A stretch of DNA of 64,000 bases from Nostoc sp. (lineage in GTDB: Bacteria; Cyanobacteriota; Cyanobacteriia; Cyanobacteriales; Nostocaceae). The stretch lies in the NCBI GenBank assembly GCA_036918135.1, contig JBALDB010000011.1, positions 160,001 to 224,000 on the forward strand. Direction: 5' to 3'. Below, piece by piece: positions 62,863-64,000 of this stretch. The position numbers were made by a program, and so were the translations under genes. The notes under the pieces were generated by a model. The model worked only from the letters and a program-made list of their open reading frames with translations. It made no database searches and had not been told where the DNA came from. Numbering within the stretch: the first letter of the stretch is position 1; each line of letters begins with the position of its first letter.

Positions 62863-63348
62863 ATGAAATATGTTCCATATTTGCTTTCTGTTCTAGGGGC
62901 TAGCTTGGTTTGGAATTTGGCTCAACCAGCACAAGCTCAAGTAGCGTATGGTAGTTATATCGGTATCGGGCCAGCTATTGGTTTTACCGATGGTGTGCAA
63001 ATTGGTGGGGTAATAGCTGGTCGTTACAAGCTTTTGGAAGCACCAATTTCTCTGCGTGCCCAAGTGTTAATTGGTAATAATACGGCAATAGTACCAACAG
63101 TTTCTTATGATGTCCCTCTGAACTGGCAAGCTGATGCCTATTTAGGTGCTGGATTGGTGTTGGCTAGTGGTGGTGGTTCTTCTCCTGTAGGGGACAAAAT
63201 TAGTTTTGCTTTACAGCCGGGAATTGATTATATGATTCCAAATAGCAATACTGTGCTTTTTGGCAACGCTATCATCGCTTTTGATGCCTACCGTGATAGT
63301 GGTGGTACAGCGGTCTCTGTGCAAGGTGGTATTGGTTTGAGATTTTAA
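62863..63348 (+). CDS. Small outer-membrane beta-barrel-like protein
   Basis: Signal peptide ending AQA, alternating beta-strands, C-terminal GIGLRF. Confidence 0.75.
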   Translation: MKYVPYLLSVLGASLVWNLAQPAQAQVAYGSYIGIGPAIGFTDGVQIGGVIAGRYKLLEAPISLRAQVLIGNNTAIVPTVSYDVPLNWQADAYLGAGLVLASGGGSSPVGDKISFALQPGIDYMIPNSNTVLFGNAIIAFDAYRDSGGTAVSVQGGIGLRF

Positions 63349-63358
63349 GAGACTGGCG

Positions 63359-63379
63359 TTGGCGTAGCCCGTCCTAAAC
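63359..63379. mobile_element. 21-nt small dispersed repeat inserted in a HIP1 site
   Basis: GCG[TTGGCGTAGCCCGTCCTAAAC]ATCGC, similar to 38233-38253. Confidence 0.8.
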
Positions 63380-63548
63380 ATCGCTATGTCTAAGAAGCGT
63401 TAAACTTCATTGCAAATTAAGAAGTTAGTCCAAACAACGTGATAATTTTTGATGATGTCAAGCAAAAACCTTGAGTAGCGGCTGCCGACGCTCAAGGTTT
63501 TTTAAGAGAAGAGACAGCACAGGATTAATACAGGAGAACACAGTGGCA

Positions 63549-63755
63549 ATGGAATCAAATTTATTAAAGAATGCAGAAGCAGATGAAATGAATCAATATT
63601 TCAGTGAATATGTTGCTAACTTGCAACTTCACATGACTCTGCAAGCTCGCAATCTTGTTCCACCCCTGAAGCAAACACTGGTCGATAGTCGTCAGCAATT
63701 ACTCCATCAAACCCAAGCCCACTTTGAAAAACTAGTTTCTCGACAAGGCTTATAA
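63549..63755 (+). CDS. Small hypothetical protein
   Basis: AGGAG RBS before GTG/ATG at 63543/63549; EYVANLQLHMTLQARNLVP. Confidence 0.65.
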   Translation: MESNLLKNAEADEMNQYFSEYVANLQLHMTLQARNLVPPLKQTLVDSRQQLLHQTQAHFEKLVSRQGL

Positions 63756-64000
63756 ATATTACACATACTTTAATTAAAATTCAAATAAAATAAAGGCAGA
63801 TATTGTTGGATTAATACCAATGGTGTTCCCACAAGATCTGCTTTTTCTGCTTTTTTAAGTATTGAGTTACTAAAATCACCCTTTTGGCGCAATAGTCAGG
63901 AGCAGAAAGTAGTTAAGATGATTGCAACAGTTCTGACAAAGAGCAGTTAGTTAAGGCTAAATGGTGGCTGGAATTAAAATGACTTCATTACTTCCCCGAA

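Overview
Chromosomal window of a heterocyst-forming cyanobacterium, most likely Nostoc: abundant HIP1 GCGATCGC octamers, heptamer tandem repeats, glnB, petBD, ctpA, cpcS, an nblB-like gene and an hglK-like gene. Most of the window is core genes: pyrE, tRNA-Ile(CAU), queC, rdgB, glnB, thiD, ycf54, pdxJ, petB/petD and gmd. Two loci stand out. (1) A plasmid-type actin ParM plus ParR-like RHH adaptor (7533-9166) lies among housekeeping genes with no evident parC array or plasmid genes. It probably corresponds to the repurposed cell-shape system I recall being named CorM/CorR. (2) An accessory block at about 31.6-51.5 kb has a minus-strand gene run encoding a urea-transporter/EF-hand fusion, an ethylene-receptor-type membrane domain fused to a PP2C phosphatase, a GHKL kinase, two tandemly duplicated STAS proteins, an MscS channel and a decaying tail. 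Facing it are a nucleoside hydrolase, a TerB-like membrane protein, a 5'-nucleotidase and a 2117-aa hybrid Ser/Thr-His kinase. The window also carries many very small insertions whose lengths are often multiples of three; some split HIP1 sites, some are nested, and some lie inside genes. All calls come from reading motifs by eye; no database searches were run.
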